Below, in pieces: positions 1-10,181 of a DNA stretch of 64,000 bases. Made by a program: the position numbers and the translations under genes. This DNA is from a virus (taxonomy: Duplodnaviria > Caudoviricetes). The DNA lies in IMG/VR virus record IMGVR_UViG_3300022917_000008, positions 64,001 through 128,000 of that record. One strand, given 5' to 3'. The notes under the pieces were generated by a model, which did not search any database, was not told the origin of the DNA, and saw nothing but the letters and a program-made list of their open reading frames with translations. Positions within the stretch are counted from its first letter, which is position 1. The number at the start of each line of letters is the position of its first letter.

Positions 1-498
1 CCTTGAACCTACACCAGTGAATTGCTTGTACAGTTCAGGTACTTCAGACTCTCTGAATGTATGGAAGTTATAGTTCCATACATACCACTTATTGGTTAGC
101 ATGTCAAAGACCTTTACCTCATGCCCAGCCATTATACCAAACTGTACAGTCCAACCAGTACCCCCAGATACTATAGGATATGCAGTCTTGTTTACATAAC
201 CCTTGTGATCCTTATGCCCAGGGGCTATGATATAGGATACAGCCACTACCTGCTGGGAGCCCATGTTAACCTGTAACCAATCCCTTCTCACATAATTCTT
301 ACCACTAAACTCAGATGGTCTACCTAATACTAGGGCAGCTTTACTGAGTGAAATGTCAATCTGCTGCAGTATTGTAGGGTGTTGGGATTTGAGATCATTC
401 TTGGACCACACGTTCACGGTAATATTAGAATGTTCAGCTAGGTCTGTCCATGCTTTATCAGCACCTGGAGCACCTCCTGTATGTAGTATTCTGCTCAT
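1..498 (-). CDS. SLOG/YspA-like nucleotide-binding protein (partial, runs off the left edge)
   Basis: Manual translation MSRILHTGGAPGADKAW...SGGTGWTV...FTGVGSR; GGAxGAD and SGGT motifs typical of the SLOG fold. Confidence 0.65.
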   Translation of the reverse strand, partial: MSRILHTGGAPGADKAWTDLAEHSNITVNVWSKNDLKSQHPTILQQIDISLSKAALVLGRPSEFSGKNYVRRDWLQVNMGSQQVVAVSYIIAPGHKDHKGYVNKTAYPIVSGGTGWTVQFGIMAGHEVKVFDMLTNKWYVWNYNFHTFRESEVPELYKQFTGVGSR

Positions 499-515
499 AT
501 GATTTGGTTTAAGTG

Positions 516-1064
516 TTAATGGAAACGTCCACATGGACCTTTTAACTGATAGCAATAACCTGTAATGAATTCCTGTGGTATAGGTAGAGTAGCGAACATA
601 AAGCCATTACCATTCTTCACTATAGCCACTTCTCTAACCTCATTCTCATCAAACTCATCTCCTTCTTTTACCCATGTAGCTTCAGGAGATATAGGACCTA
701 TTATTTTATAAGAGGATTCAAAAGTACAATCATTAGGATTTAATTTCTGCCCATTTTCATAATCCTTGATTACTATGTAATCATCTCCATTCTCACGACT
801 CCCACCTATTTCAGATATTACCCCCCATGGATCACTCTTAGACCACTTGGCTTTATCACCCACCTTTATATCCCTACTACATAGGAATAGCTTCAATATC
901 TTAGCCTCCTGATCTCTTTGTGCTTCTGGTGTAAAGTCTATAACAGCAGTACCTATGTACCCTTTACCATAGGCAGCAAGACCAAGAGACTTACCAAGGA
1001 TGTACTTATCCCCAGCCTTTATAGGGCCTTCTACAGGCACTAGCTTAGCAAAATATGGTTTCAT
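516..1064 (-). CDS. hypothetical phage protein
   Basis: 182-aa ORF in a tightly packed minus-strand gene run. Confidence 0.75.
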   Translation of the reverse strand: MKPYFAKLVPVEGPIKAGDKYILGKSLGLAAYGKGYIGTAVIDFTPEAQRDQEAKILKLFLCSRDIKVGDKAKWSKSDPWGVISEIGGSRENGDDYIVIKDYENGQKLNPNDCTFESSYKIIGPISPEATWVKEGDEFDENEVREVAIVKNGNGFMFATLPIPQEFITGYCYQLKGPCGRFH

Positions 1065-1300
1065 GGCTGTACTTTTATCTCACTAAGGGACCTGTACTCT
1101 TTAGTATGTCCATTAGTGAATGTGACTGTGTATGTTGTCCAGGTCTCTTGTGCAGGCCACCAATCATTCTCCCTAGTTGAAGGACCTATATCCCTACTGT
1201 TGTGTTCCTCCTTAATTCCAGCCACAACTAGGGGAACTTCTACACCCATATCAGTCTTGACTAACACTGTCTTACCCTTCAATAAGTCTAGTACATTCAT
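1061..1300 (-). CDS. hypothetical protein
   Basis: ATGA overlap with the downstream gene. Confidence 0.7.
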   Translation of the reverse strand: MNVLDLLKGKTVLVKTDMGVEVPLVVAGIKEEHNSRDIGPSTRENDWWPAQETWTTYTVTFTNGHTKEYRSLSEIKVQP

Positions 1301-1309
1301 ATAATGAGT

Positions 1310-1531
1310 TTATCCAATTATGGTATGTTTGTTTGGGCATTTCTCAAAGTTGGTGCCATCTGTCTTGTAGACTAATGTATCAGAGTCATCATAGAATGAA
1401 GTTAGAATCTCATTCCATGCCTCGTCATAGGTGTCATAGAGTTGGTAGTATTCCCCATTGTTATAGAACTTACGTGCATACTCATCATCTATCCATGACC
1501 TAACCTTTACACAGACAAAGTATTTGCTCAT
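1310..1531 (-). CDS. hypothetical protein
   Basis: Packed ORF, overlapped by the upstream gene's stop. Confidence 0.6.
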   Translation of the reverse strand: MSKYFVCVKVRSWIDDEYARKFYNNGEYYQLYDTYDEAWNEILTSFYDDSDTLVYKTDGTNFEKCPNKHTIIG

Positions 1532-1779
1532 ACAACGAGGTTATTTATATTAAGAATGGATTGTTCATCAACTGTTGCCCATATCTCTCCTGTACCATAG
1601 TCATCATGGTTCTGGTGTGCAGTGGCCTTGGCATGCTTAGCAGCTAACACTAGGGCTTGATGTATAGCCTCCCTTGCCATTGCCTTGGCATATTCCTTGG
1701 GTGTCCATAATGGTTTGTCCTCCTGTAGTTTTGCTAATACCTTAAGGCATGTGGCATCAAGGTCTATTTTGTCCTCCAT
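1528..1779 (-). CDS. hypothetical protein
   Basis: Packed ORF with A-rich upstream context. Confidence 0.65.
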   Translation of the reverse strand: MEDKIDLDATCLKVLAKLQEDKPLWTPKEYAKAMAREAIHQALVLAAKHAKATAHQNHDDYGTGEIWATVDEQSILNINNLVV

Positions 1780-1879
1780 GATTGTTTGATTTAGAATGTG
1801 TAATTGTCCCAGTAATCCATTGGATTACCTACCTCCATTGGGTAACTGGGGGAATCATACTCTTCAGGTACTTGGTCCA

Positions 1880-2362
1880 TTATTGTTGCATTTGTTTACT
1901 GAATGATTGATACTCAGCACGTATTTCCATAAGTAATACGCCTAATCTATTGAGGCCATGTCCTGTTTTATAGTCCACACCCCAGTACTGATCTCCCCAG
2001 TTGTTCCACTCTATGATGGGAGTGTCACCAGTAGCCATTAGAAGCCCAAACCAGGGCTGTTGCATAAACTTCTGCTCCAGGGCCCTTTTCATTACAGAGT
2101 CCTTTATTTGGCTCCATTTAGGCCCAGGATCAAGCCTCTTACCCATTCTCTTTGCATCAAATGCACTCATGAGCCTGATCTTTTCCCTTAGTTCCTCATT
2201 ATCAGTCTTCATAGCCTGGTAATAATTCTCAACTGAGGGCCAAGGCCAGTCACCACCACAATAGAACTCACATGGGTCTATATTGGAGAACCAGTTCTTT
2301 ATCCATCTGCCTTTGTATTCAAAGACTAGCGGCTTATGTTCTGACCAGTCTAGTGTACTCAT
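1880..2362 (-). CDS. NADAR (YbiA-like) family protein
   Basis: WFSN...WPSVENYYQAMK...AKRMGKR...MKRALEQKF...LMATGD..IIE...DQYWG...GLNRLGVLLMEIR match NADAR motifs. Confidence 0.9.
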   Translation of the reverse strand: MSTLDWSEHKPLVFEYKGRWIKNWFSNIDPCEFYCGGDWPWPSVENYYQAMKTDNEELREKIRLMSAFDAKRMGKRLDPGPKWSQIKDSVMKRALEQKFMQQPWFGLLMATGDTPIIEWNNWGDQYWGVDYKTGHGLNRLGVLLMEIRAEYQSFSKQMQQ

Positions 2363-2733
2363 GGTTCTGGGTATTTATAGGTAGGTAATCCTAAGGATGT
2401 AGCTAGTTTAGAAGCCTCTGCATGTTGTTCCCTAGTTAGTACAATAGTAAGGTCTTCATTCCTGTACACGTTGCAGGGCATCTTCAGGCCCTCATACTGT
2501 TGGAATGCAACTAGGGATAGCTGACCATCAGTGGCTAATACTCTAGCTTCCCTATGTACAGCCTTAGTTTCATTCCATGCACATGCCCAGTTAGGTACAA
2601 CTAAGGAAAGTACTGGTATCTCTATTGTATAAAGAGGATATGTACCACACATCTTGTGTGCCTCCTCTATAAGCATAGTTGCATCATCCCTATGTGTTTG
2701 GTCCAGCTTGTCATAGTATTGTATCTCTCTCAT
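2359..2733 (-). CDS. hypothetical protein
   Basis: Overlapping stop/start with both neighbours. Confidence 0.7.
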   Translation of the reverse strand: MREIQYYDKLDQTHRDDATMLIEEAHKMCGTYPLYTIEIPVLSLVVPNWACAWNETKAVHREARVLATDGQLSLVAFQQYEGLKMPCNVYRNEDLTIVLTREQHAEASKLATSLGLPTYKYPEP

Positions 2734-2942
2734 ATCTCAGAGTTTATTGGGTATGCAAGAGTACCACCACCTGTATGCTCACAAGGCATGAATTCTATCT
2801 CCATACCTACCTTAGCCTTTACATCATTGAAGAAAGACTTGGATACTGGTATTGCCTGGTTTCTACTTACCTGACCACCAATTAGTGTCATGTACTCAAC
2901 TGTGAACACACCAGGCATATGTTCTCTTACTATACCTTTCAT
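2730..2942 (-). CDS. hypothetical protein
   Basis: Overlapping stop/start with both neighbours. Confidence 0.65.
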   Translation of the reverse strand: MKGIVREHMPGVFTVEYMTLIGGQVSRNQAIPVSKSFFNDVKAKVGMEIEFMPCEHTGGGTLAYPINSEI

Positions 2943-3322
2943 GATTGTTTGTTTAGTACATTAAGGAATAACTGGGGCAGTATTACATTAGGTGGTGCAT
3001 CCTTGAACATAGGTGCTATTTCTTCAGGTGTATAACCTGCTCTACCACAGCCTATTGCACACATATTGAATGTGTCATCCTTGTGCTTAGTTAGTGCAGC
3101 ATAGAACATAGCCTTTACTTGCACTTCAATCCAAGGTAGTGGAACTGACCTCAGTTGTCTATGCTTAGGCTTTGTTAAGTCCTTGGTTATGATGGCCCAC
3201 GCATTGCCTTGTAGGCCCATAGCTTGTCCATATATAGCTCCATGGTATAGCTTTGCTGTTTCAGCATCACCAGCACCATGCCTGCCCTCAGTATTTGATC
3301 CAAATCCAAATATGTTGGCCAT
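2939..3322 (-). CDS. macrodomain-like phage protein (A1S_2505-like)
   Basis: IFGFGSNTEGRHGAGDA...AIGCGRAGY..EEIAPMF...NVILP motifs. Confidence 0.75.
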   Translation of the reverse strand: MANIFGFGSNTEGRHGAGDAETAKLYHGAIYGQAMGLQGNAWAIITKDLTKPKHRQLRSVPLPWIEVQVKAMFYAALTKHKDDTFNMCAIGCGRAGYTPEEIAPMFKDAPPNVILPQLFLNVLNKQS

Positions 3323-3669
3323 TATACAAATGCTTTAATACATGTACAATCTGCTATTTTCTGTACAGCCTTGACTGCATCCCCGTAGTGATGCTCAATC
3401 ACTGAATCAGGTATAAACACAGGTATAATCATACCTTCAAGCTCCTCCCTCTCACCCCTGTCAAACCTTTCTATCAGCTCTTGCTGAGCCTCAGTGGTGG
3501 GTATAGAAGCCAATGTGAAGCAATTGCTTTTGTCCACATATGTTATGTGGCTTTCACCTACATGACAAGGAACTATTTCCTTGATGGGTAGTGCTAATGC
3601 ACAGCTTTCACCTTCACATTCCTTTGCCTCATTGAGAATGTCTTTAGTGATGACTAGATTGAATTTCAT
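3322..3669 (-). CDS. hypothetical protein
   Basis: TAATG coupling to the next gene. Confidence 0.7.
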   Translation of the reverse strand: MKFNLVITKDILNEAKECEGESCALALPIKEIVPCHVGESHITYVDKSNCFTLASIPTTEAQQELIERFDRGEREELEGMIIPVFIPDSVIEHHYGDAVKAVQKIADCTCIKAFV

Positions 3670-3699
3670 AACAATGTGTGTTTATTAGTTAATGAATTG

Positions 3700-3771
3700 T
3701 TGCGGGACTAGGATTCGAACCTAGATTTCTGGGTTATGAGCCCAGTGAATTAACCTTTACTCTATCCCGCG
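3700..3771 (-). tRNA. tRNA-fMet (CAT, initiator type)
   Basis: Reverse complement CGCGGGA...CTGGG-CTCATAA-CCCAG...GGTTCGAATCC...TCCCGCAA; C1:A72 mismatch and three G-C pairs in the anticodon stem. Confidence 0.92.
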
Positions 3772-4220
3772 ATGTAATAAGCTCCTATACAGGGATTATC
3801 CCACTTATTGACCCATCCCTGTATTTGTTACTTAAATGCACGGCATATACATAACATCGGTACAAGGCTTAATCTATCAATAAGGTGTATAGGAGCTTAA
3901 GAAGTTAAAAAGAGAGCATATGATATCTTACCTGGGTAGTTAGTCCTTTCATTTATCTCTGCTCCCTATGGATTTTATTTTTGGACACTGCTGGTGGAAA
4001 TGCCTTAAACCACCTCACGCATAGTTATACCTGCTAGAGAACTACCAATAGCTAGTATGCTAACTGTCATCTTCTTGCTAACGCAATAAGTTAATGATAC
4101 TCCAATTATACAAGGTTAGGATAATTAATCCCTTGAATTACCCAGTGTTTTGCTGGTACCCTCACCATTAGTATTAGTCTGGTACTACCCAATTGGATAT
4201 AATCAGAGTATCAAAGAGAT

Positions 4221-4458
4221 ATACTCCCTCAATCAATAGCAATAGATTACTCAGAGACTCGTGAGACTCTGGACATACTTGGCCATTGCACAGGTCATAC
4301 TATGCAGTTAAGCTAGTGACTCCTGTACATTTGATGTGGTCCTTTACAACTTTCGTAAGTATGTAGACTATCCCTAGTTTGTCCCTGCTAATCATGTAGT
4401 TCTCAGGACATACTGAGCATGTAACAGGGTCTGTTTAGAGCTATTGAAGAGGGAGTAA
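4221..4458. ncRNA. putative structured ncRNA (multibranch)
   Basis: ORF-free; nested inverted repeats TACTCCCTC/GAGGGAGTA, CAATAGC/GCTATTG, ACATACTT/AAGTATGT, CCCTG/CAGGG, CTCAG/CTGAG. Confidence 0.5.
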
Positions 4459-4463
4459 TATGT

Positions 4464-4718
4464 TTAGTCTTCTTTGTATACTACAAGCCTTTCACCAGGT
4501 TTATAGCCTCTGAATGAATGAAAGAATCCCACCTCCACTGATGTGTCAGTCTCATTGAGTATGAGTGTGTCCCCATCTTTTACAAGGGGCCATTCATCAG
4601 GATCAGGGAAGTGCATGTGTTTGAGCACCAATGGTGGTCTGTAGAACCAGCATAGTGCTGGTACACCAAGGATGATAATGATTGAGCTTATTATAGCCCA
4701 TGTGTTTATCCTCTTCAT
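4464..4718 (-). CDS. small membrane protein
   Basis: N-terminal hydrophobic helix. Confidence 0.65.
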   Translation of the reverse strand: MKRINTWAIISSIIIILGVPALCWFYRPPLVLKHMHFPDPDEWPLVKDGDTLILNETDTSVEVGFFHSFRGYKPGERLVVYKED

Positions 4719-5270
4719 AGTAGAAGATTTAAGGTTAAAAATACAGGCTTTACCTACCTGCTTGCCATTGTGCTGTTGCTAGTTGGTTTGACCCAATAGC
4801 CCTTATTGCCCAATGCGAGGATGAATACTTTGGCACCTGAGGTTAAATCATATTACCTAGACAACACTGATACTGGATGTATCTCTGTGGAAGCCTGTGG
4901 GTTGATCACAGGCTGTCTCCACGTATTGTCTGTGTAGGATTGTACACTCCTACATTGTGCGTGTAACCCTGCTACTACTGCCTAGGATCATTCATAGCAA
5001 GGTAAAAGGATTGACTGTAGAACTGATTTACTGCCTACTGATGGCTCTAACTTACAGTATTTGGTATCGCAGTGAATGTTTACCACTTGGGTGTCTGTTC
5101 CTGCTATTACAGTCAATCACTATCTTCTGTCATTGTGATCCAATGGTGGATGGTTGAAGTAATACATGTATGCCAGGAATACTACGAGTGTTCCAACCAA
5201 TAGTACCCCTAACCACAGCTCTTCACTCTTGTACCATGGTACTTTTGGCTTAGCATTCATAGTTCTAGGT

Positions 5271-5477
5271 TTATAGTGTTAATAATAGCGTTAATATAAC
5301 AACAGCACACTTACATATCATTCTGTTCCTCAATACCTTCCTTTGTTGTACTACCTCAGCATGTATGGTGAGTATTAGTACTGCGTGCTTTATCATTGCA
5401 TGTGATCCTTGCTCCTCTATCATCTTGTTCCACTGTTCAGGTGTGTACACCCTATGTAGTATCTCTGTGTTTCTCAT
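5271..5477 (-). CDS. hypothetical protein
   Basis: ORF in the minus-strand run. Confidence 0.55.
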   Translation of the reverse strand: MRNTEILHRVYTPEQWNKMIEEQGSHAMIKHAVLILTIHAEVVQQRKVLRNRMICKCAVVILTLLLTL

Positions 5478-5498
5478 GTCTAATAGGTTTAGGGTTGG

Positions 5499-5888
5499 TT
5501 AATAATTGTACCAGTGCTTATACCCTACCACCTTGTGATCTACTTTCAGCCAGAATGGTGGTCTTCTTATGAAGAATGTCCATTTACCCTTGCTGAATAA
5601 TGGCTTTCTCCTACCATCATAGAAGTGACCACTCATAACCCAGGTTCTTTTGTAACCAAATGTACTGTCACCATTGCTGTAGTACATCATAACAGGCATT
5701 GTATCCACCCTGTTGAAGTGTCCAATTGTGGTATAATATCCAATGGTATTCTTGTAATAACCAGGATATCTATGATCAGTGATCAGGGGACCATAATGCC
5801 CCTGTGCTGGTGCTTTGAATGCCATTGAGCATATGGTTAGCAGTATAAGCACAACTACTATTAACCTGCCCTTTTCTTTATCTGACAT
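5499..5888 (-). CDS. exported/membrane hypothetical protein
   Basis: Signal-peptide-like N-terminus. Confidence 0.65.
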   Translation of the reverse strand: MSDKEKGRLIVVVLILLTICSMAFKAPAQGHYGPLITDHRYPGYYKNTIGYYTTIGHFNRVDTMPVMMYYSNGDSTFGYKRTWVMSGHFYDGRRKPLFSKGKWTFFIRRPPFWLKVDHKVVGYKHWYNY

Positions 5889-5907
5889 ATGATTGGTTTG
5901 TTTGGTG

Positions 5908-6141
5908 TTATAGTACTATGTTTAACCTGGTATACTTACTTGTACCACTACTGTATACATACAGTAATAACAGTCCTCCTTCATCAGTGCCATACACATA
6001 ATGAGCACTAGGGTTAACCTTCATCACAGCTTCATACACCTCCTTCCTTAGTACATCTACTGGTATGATATTAACCTCAGTATCTCTGCTGTTAGGTAGT
6101 TGTTGTGCCTCCTCTACCTTTATTTCTCTTACTTCTTTCAT
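5908..6141 (-). CDS. hypothetical protein
   Basis: ORF with A-rich initiation context. Confidence 0.6.
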   Translation of the reverse strand: MKEVREIKVEEAQQLPNSRDTEVNIIPVDVLRKEVYEAVMKVNPSAHYVYGTDEGGLLLLYVYSSGTSKYTRLNIVL

Positions 6142-6211
6142 AATAGTTGGTTTAATGTTTGGTGTGCAGCCCTCACCATAAGGGTATTGGGCTTAACACA
6201 CAAAAAGAAGT

Positions 6212-6517
6212 TCAATTGGGACTTATTTTGCTCTTTATTATGCGCCCCTTATGTATTGATATCTGTTCCTTGGGTATAGTTGCCAGGTACTCACAATAGG
6301 CATTGTATGCCTGCTGTTCCCCCTCCCTGCTCAGTGAGAAGTAACCAAAGGATTTGGGTGCACTACAGCCCTGGTATCTAGCTACAAATGAGTGCTTCTT
6401 ACCATTCTTCTTGATGTATACACCCTTGTACCTTGATCTTACACTAATACCCTTCTTCTTGGCATCCCTGACAAACACTTCCCAATTAGTCTTATTGAGT
6501 GGTATTACTATAGCCAT
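6212..6517 (-). CDS. AP2-like DNA-binding domain protein
   Basis: SRYKGVY...FVARY...SFGYF...AYNAY resembles the AP2 domain. Confidence 0.6.
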   Translation of the reverse strand: MAIVIPLNKTNWEVFVRDAKKKGISVRSRYKGVYIKKNGKKHSFVARYQGCSAPKSFGYFSLSREGEQQAYNAYCEYLATIPKEQISIHKGRIIKSKISPN

Positions 6518-6588
6518 GTTGTTTGAATTAATGCCCTAGCTAGTTCATATTCTTCTCAGGGAATAGTTCATCTAACTAGGGCAATATG

Positions 6589-7116
6589 TTATTTGCATTC
6601 ATCCTGGTATGATTGTATGTGCACAGCCATATTCTCCTCCATTCTCACTTCCTCCTCAGTTTGTGTCTTCACACCACCCTTGCTGAGGATTCTGTCATCA
6701 CCACTGAGGCATACAGGCACATAACCCTTGGATTCCCAATGATCTATAAGCTCAATGAATCCCCATATTCTTGGGTCTTTCTTAACCTCCTCATCAGGTA
6801 TCTCATACTTCCTGTATACCTCAAGAAGCGCATCTTTGAGGCCTTTCCATGTGGTATTGCCCTGGGCTATCTTCCAGCCTATATAATCAAACCAATTGGC
6901 TCTGGATGCATAGAATGCCACTTCTCCCACTATACCTGAGTATTTGTATTCCCCTCTCATGTAGGCATCATATACTCCAGGTTTGTCATATGGTGAAGCA
7001 TAAGAACCCCTTGGTTCATTGTCTATCTTAGTACCCCATAGATCACATGCCTCGTGATCTAAGTCATTGATAACTATGGCCTTGCCATCCTTATCATGTA
7101 TTTGGAACTGGTTCAT
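6589..7116 (-). CDS. hypothetical phage protein
   Basis: 175-aa ORF. Confidence 0.75.
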   Translation of the reverse strand: MNQFQIHDKDGKAIVINDLDHEACDLWGTKIDNEPRGSYASPYDKPGVYDAYMRGEYKYSGIVGEVAFYASRANWFDYIGWKIAQGNTTWKGLKDALLEVYRKYEIPDEEVKKDPRIWGFIELIDHWESKGYVPVCLSGDDRILSKGGVKTQTEEEVRMEENMAVHIQSYQDECK

Positions 7117-7170
7117 AATGTTTGTGCCTGTATCGTAGGCTTACGCTTTTTTGTTTGTGTTATAATATGT

Positions 7171-7887
7171 TTAGTCAACACTGCGGTATATGACTTTGCC
7201 TCTCTTACCATTCTTAGTGAGATAGTAATCCCTACTATAGATTAGTACATTGAGTGGTACTTTTACCTCATATACACCCAATGGTGTATCACCTATCTTA
7301 GTCTTCTTGATCACAGGTCTGTCAGTTGATATGAACTCAGAGTTCAATATCTTGATGTATGCTATGTTTCTTCCATCATACATCTGCAGCTCCAATAAAC
7401 TGACTGGCCTCTCATTATAGAAGTATTTTATGGGCTTATCAGTGTCAAATACATATTTCACACTGTCTTTGCTGTAGTCGTACTGTAGTGTGTGTACATG
7501 GTCTGATACACATGTTATTACACTTGGATTGTTATTCCATTCATCTCTCAGATCATAGTATTCTGATGCAGGCTCTGAGAATACACCTGAGGTATATGCA
7601 TCATCCAGCTCTTTCCTCCTGTCCTTCCTGTGTGTGACAATGGCAGCCTTTAATAGCCTCACAGAATCTGCCTTAGTTGTCTCATGGATATAACCATTAG
7701 CACAACACGTGAAGTAATGCACCATTGGTCTATGCCAATGACAAGGACATAAACAAGGTATTGAGTCTTTGTATACTGTGTCCTTCTGTCCAAATACTAT
7801 CATTGGACATATTAGTAGCAATAGTAGTATGTATCTCATAAGTAATGATTTGATTGTTATGTCCCTCTGCACTCTATTGTAGTTCAC
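7171..7887 (-). CDS. exported hypothetical protein (true start probably MRYILL, near 7839)
   Basis: Signal-peptide-like segment followed by a Cys/His cluster. Confidence 0.65.
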   Translation of the reverse strand: MNYNRVQRDITIKSLLMRYILLLLLICPMIVFGQKDTVYKDSIPCLCPCHWHRPMVHYFTCCANGYIHETTKADSVRLLKAAIVTHRKDRRKELDDAYTSGVFSEPASEYYDLRDEWNNNPSVITCVSDHVHTLQYDYSKDSVKYVFDTDKPIKYFYNERPVSLLELQMYDGRNIAYIKILNSEFISTDRPVIKKTKIGDTPLGVYEVKVPLNVLIYSRDYYLTKNGKRGKVIYRSVD

Positions 7888-7910
7888 AGTTATAGTTACA
7901 TTTAGATGTA

Positions 7911-8115
7911 TTTCTACATTGCACTGTAAGGATGTGAACCCAAGTTATATTACAATAGCCTACCCTTGGGTAGCTGATTAAAATTGTCTGACTCTAGGCA
8001 CTCTTATAAGTAGGCATTAACCAGACAGTACACCTCAGTTGAATGTAGAATGTTAATCAGGAGGATTGGCTATACCTCTAGGTTGTGGTGCATTACAAAG
8101 AGGAGGATGTAGAAA
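7911..8115. ncRNA. putative structured ncRNA
   Basis: ORF-free; four nested stems TTTCTACAT/ATGTAGAAA, ATAGCC/GGCTAT, CTGATTAA/TTAATCAG, TGTCTG/CAGACA. Confidence 0.45.
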
Positions 8116-8469
8116 CACCCTCCGTGCTTTAAATCCAATATCCTATGAAACCCTATCCATGTTCTGAATAAGTAAGTTTGTTCGTGTGTTTTTGTGGTCT
8201 TACAAACATAGCTAATTGACTTAGCTTGTGTATTGATTGTTAAAGATAAGGGCTAACCAAATGAATGATTAGCCCTCTGTTGAGCTGCCAGGTGTATCAA
8301 TAATATGACAATACTATGACAATTGTCAATGCATTGTATACCAATATGTTACATAATACCTCTGAGTCTTAGGTATTGGAAATGTGGAGAATAATTTGTA
8401 GCTTTGAGCTAAGACAAGCATATTCAAAGCTCCTTCACACTGCGTGTTTGTGATTCGACAAGCAATGCA

Positions 8470-8880
8470 CTAAGAAATGTATTCCACTGTGATCCTCACA
8501 TAAGGAGCATCTCTGTTCTCTCCAGTGTATACAAATATGAAGTCCTGACCTCTACCATGTATTAGGTACACTTCCTCAGCATCACTCCTGTAATGGAATA
8601 TTTTATCCATTATTTCCTTGTTGAACAACAACACACTTAGTGTTGTAGCTGATTTGTTCTCAGGCATTGTCATCTCTTTGTGCACAATGATGTTGGTCTT
8701 GGATGGCTTTTTGTCATTGCTCATCCACATTACATTGCTGATTGGCATTATGCACATGTACTGGTCAGCTATTGGCTTGTTCTTGTCTTTGTTCTCAACA
8801 AACCTTATTTCCCCAGCTATTGTGTCTATGCTTACATGTGATGTTTCATAGACCTTTCTGTCATTTGTCTTGACTTGCAT
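8470..8880 (-). CDS. hypothetical protein
   Basis: 136-aa ORF. Confidence 0.65.
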   Translation of the reverse strand: MQVKTNDRKVYETSHVSIDTIAGEIRFVENKDKNKPIADQYMCIMPISNVMWMSNDKKPSKTNIIVHKEMTMPENKSATTLSVLLFNKEIMDKIFHYRSDAEEVYLIHGRGQDFIFVYTGENRDAPYVRITVEYIS

Positions 8881-9484
8881 AAAATGGTGTATTTGTGTGT
8901 TAATGAATGCATTAGCTGTTCAGCTCATGTGCTCTCCTCACAGCCTCTTCCCTAGTTAGTCCTAAGTCTAGTATTACTATTCTCTTTGTCCACCTGTTTG
9001 TGCGAAATGTACCATATCCTTCTCTGTATGGCCAAATGGTCTTTATCACTCTCCACTTAGTCCATATTAGTCTGTTGAGCATATGATTGAGTGTTAGTGT
9101 GTTAGGTAATAGAACACAGCCCACATAATGCAGGCAGCAGTGAGTCTTCCAATACTCACATTACTTGACTCACTGCCTTTGTTTGATGCAACTAGTATGA
9201 TATTACCCACTACTAGTGTGGACAACAACAGTGCAAGACCAAATGTTAGTGCTGTAATCATATATATAGTGTTGATTGTGAGGCAATTGGGTCGCATGAA
9301 ATTAATACCTTTTTCTCTTTAGCTTACTCCACCATATTTGTACCTCTACTATAACAGCGAAGTATAGTATGACACACAATATGTATAGCACTGCTCCTAG
9401 TACTAATATTGCTGCTGACCATATCAATATGGCTATTGGTAATGATACGTTATACATAATATGTTGAGTTTTAGGTTGTTGAGG

Positions 9485-9775
9485 TTACTCTGTGTCACCA
9501 AATGCCTCATTCCATTCTTCAGGTACAATACCACTAAGGAGAAACTCTCTTTCTTCCATGCTTAGATTAGGGAATGCATGTTGTACTTTAGTTCCATTAC
9601 TAAATGCAGTAACTTGCTCCTTAGTTATTGCTAACTCAGCAAAGTGTGCTAAGCCTGTAATAGTTGAGCATTTGGCTATTATCATAGTGCCTTCAGGCTT
9701 GGCTAACCACATCTCATTCCACACCTTCAATTGCTCCATGTGTGTACTATTGGCTGGTAATGACTTGTACTTCAT
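9485..9775 (-). CDS. conserved phage hypothetical protein
   Basis: VQHAFPNLSMEEREFLLSGIVPEEW resembles a common small phage protein family. Confidence 0.7.
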   Translation of the reverse strand: MKYKSLPANSTHMEQLKVWNEMWLAKPEGTMIIAKCSTITGLAHFAELAITKEQVTAFSNGTKVQHAFPNLSMEEREFLLSGIVPEEWNEAFGDTE

Positions 9776-9840
9776 ATGATTGAGGTTTAATTGGTTAAGT
9801 GGTTGTACTGTTGGGGCTCATGCCTCTGGCATTTCGCCTG

Positions 9841-10047
9841 TTAGTCAGGTATCTGTTTCAAATGGCCTGTTCCTTGTGGATACTCATCAGCCAGCTCACT
9901 GAGTGATGTACCTAATAGTCTTATTAATTGACTATCTGAACCATTTATCACCTCTGTTATGTTGGACACAATGGCCTCAGCTAGTGTAGTATTAAATCCT
10001 TTTGATACTAGTATTCTGATTAGGTCAATATCTGCTTGTGTGGCCAT
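9841..10047 (-). CDS. hypothetical protein
   Basis: ORF in the minus-strand run. Confidence 0.5.
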   Translation of the reverse strand: MATQADIDLIRILVSKGFNTTLAEAIVSNITEVINGSDSQLIRLLGTSLSELADEYPQGTGHLKQIPD

Positions 10048-10181
10048 AGAACTGAGTATTTAGTTATGTGATCAATTAGTATGAGGAATATGATGAAGTA
10101 CGGATGACTTGTAGATGTGATGTGGTGTTGATGCAGATCAAATAAACACTCATAATCAATGAGTTATACATCAGATGACTG

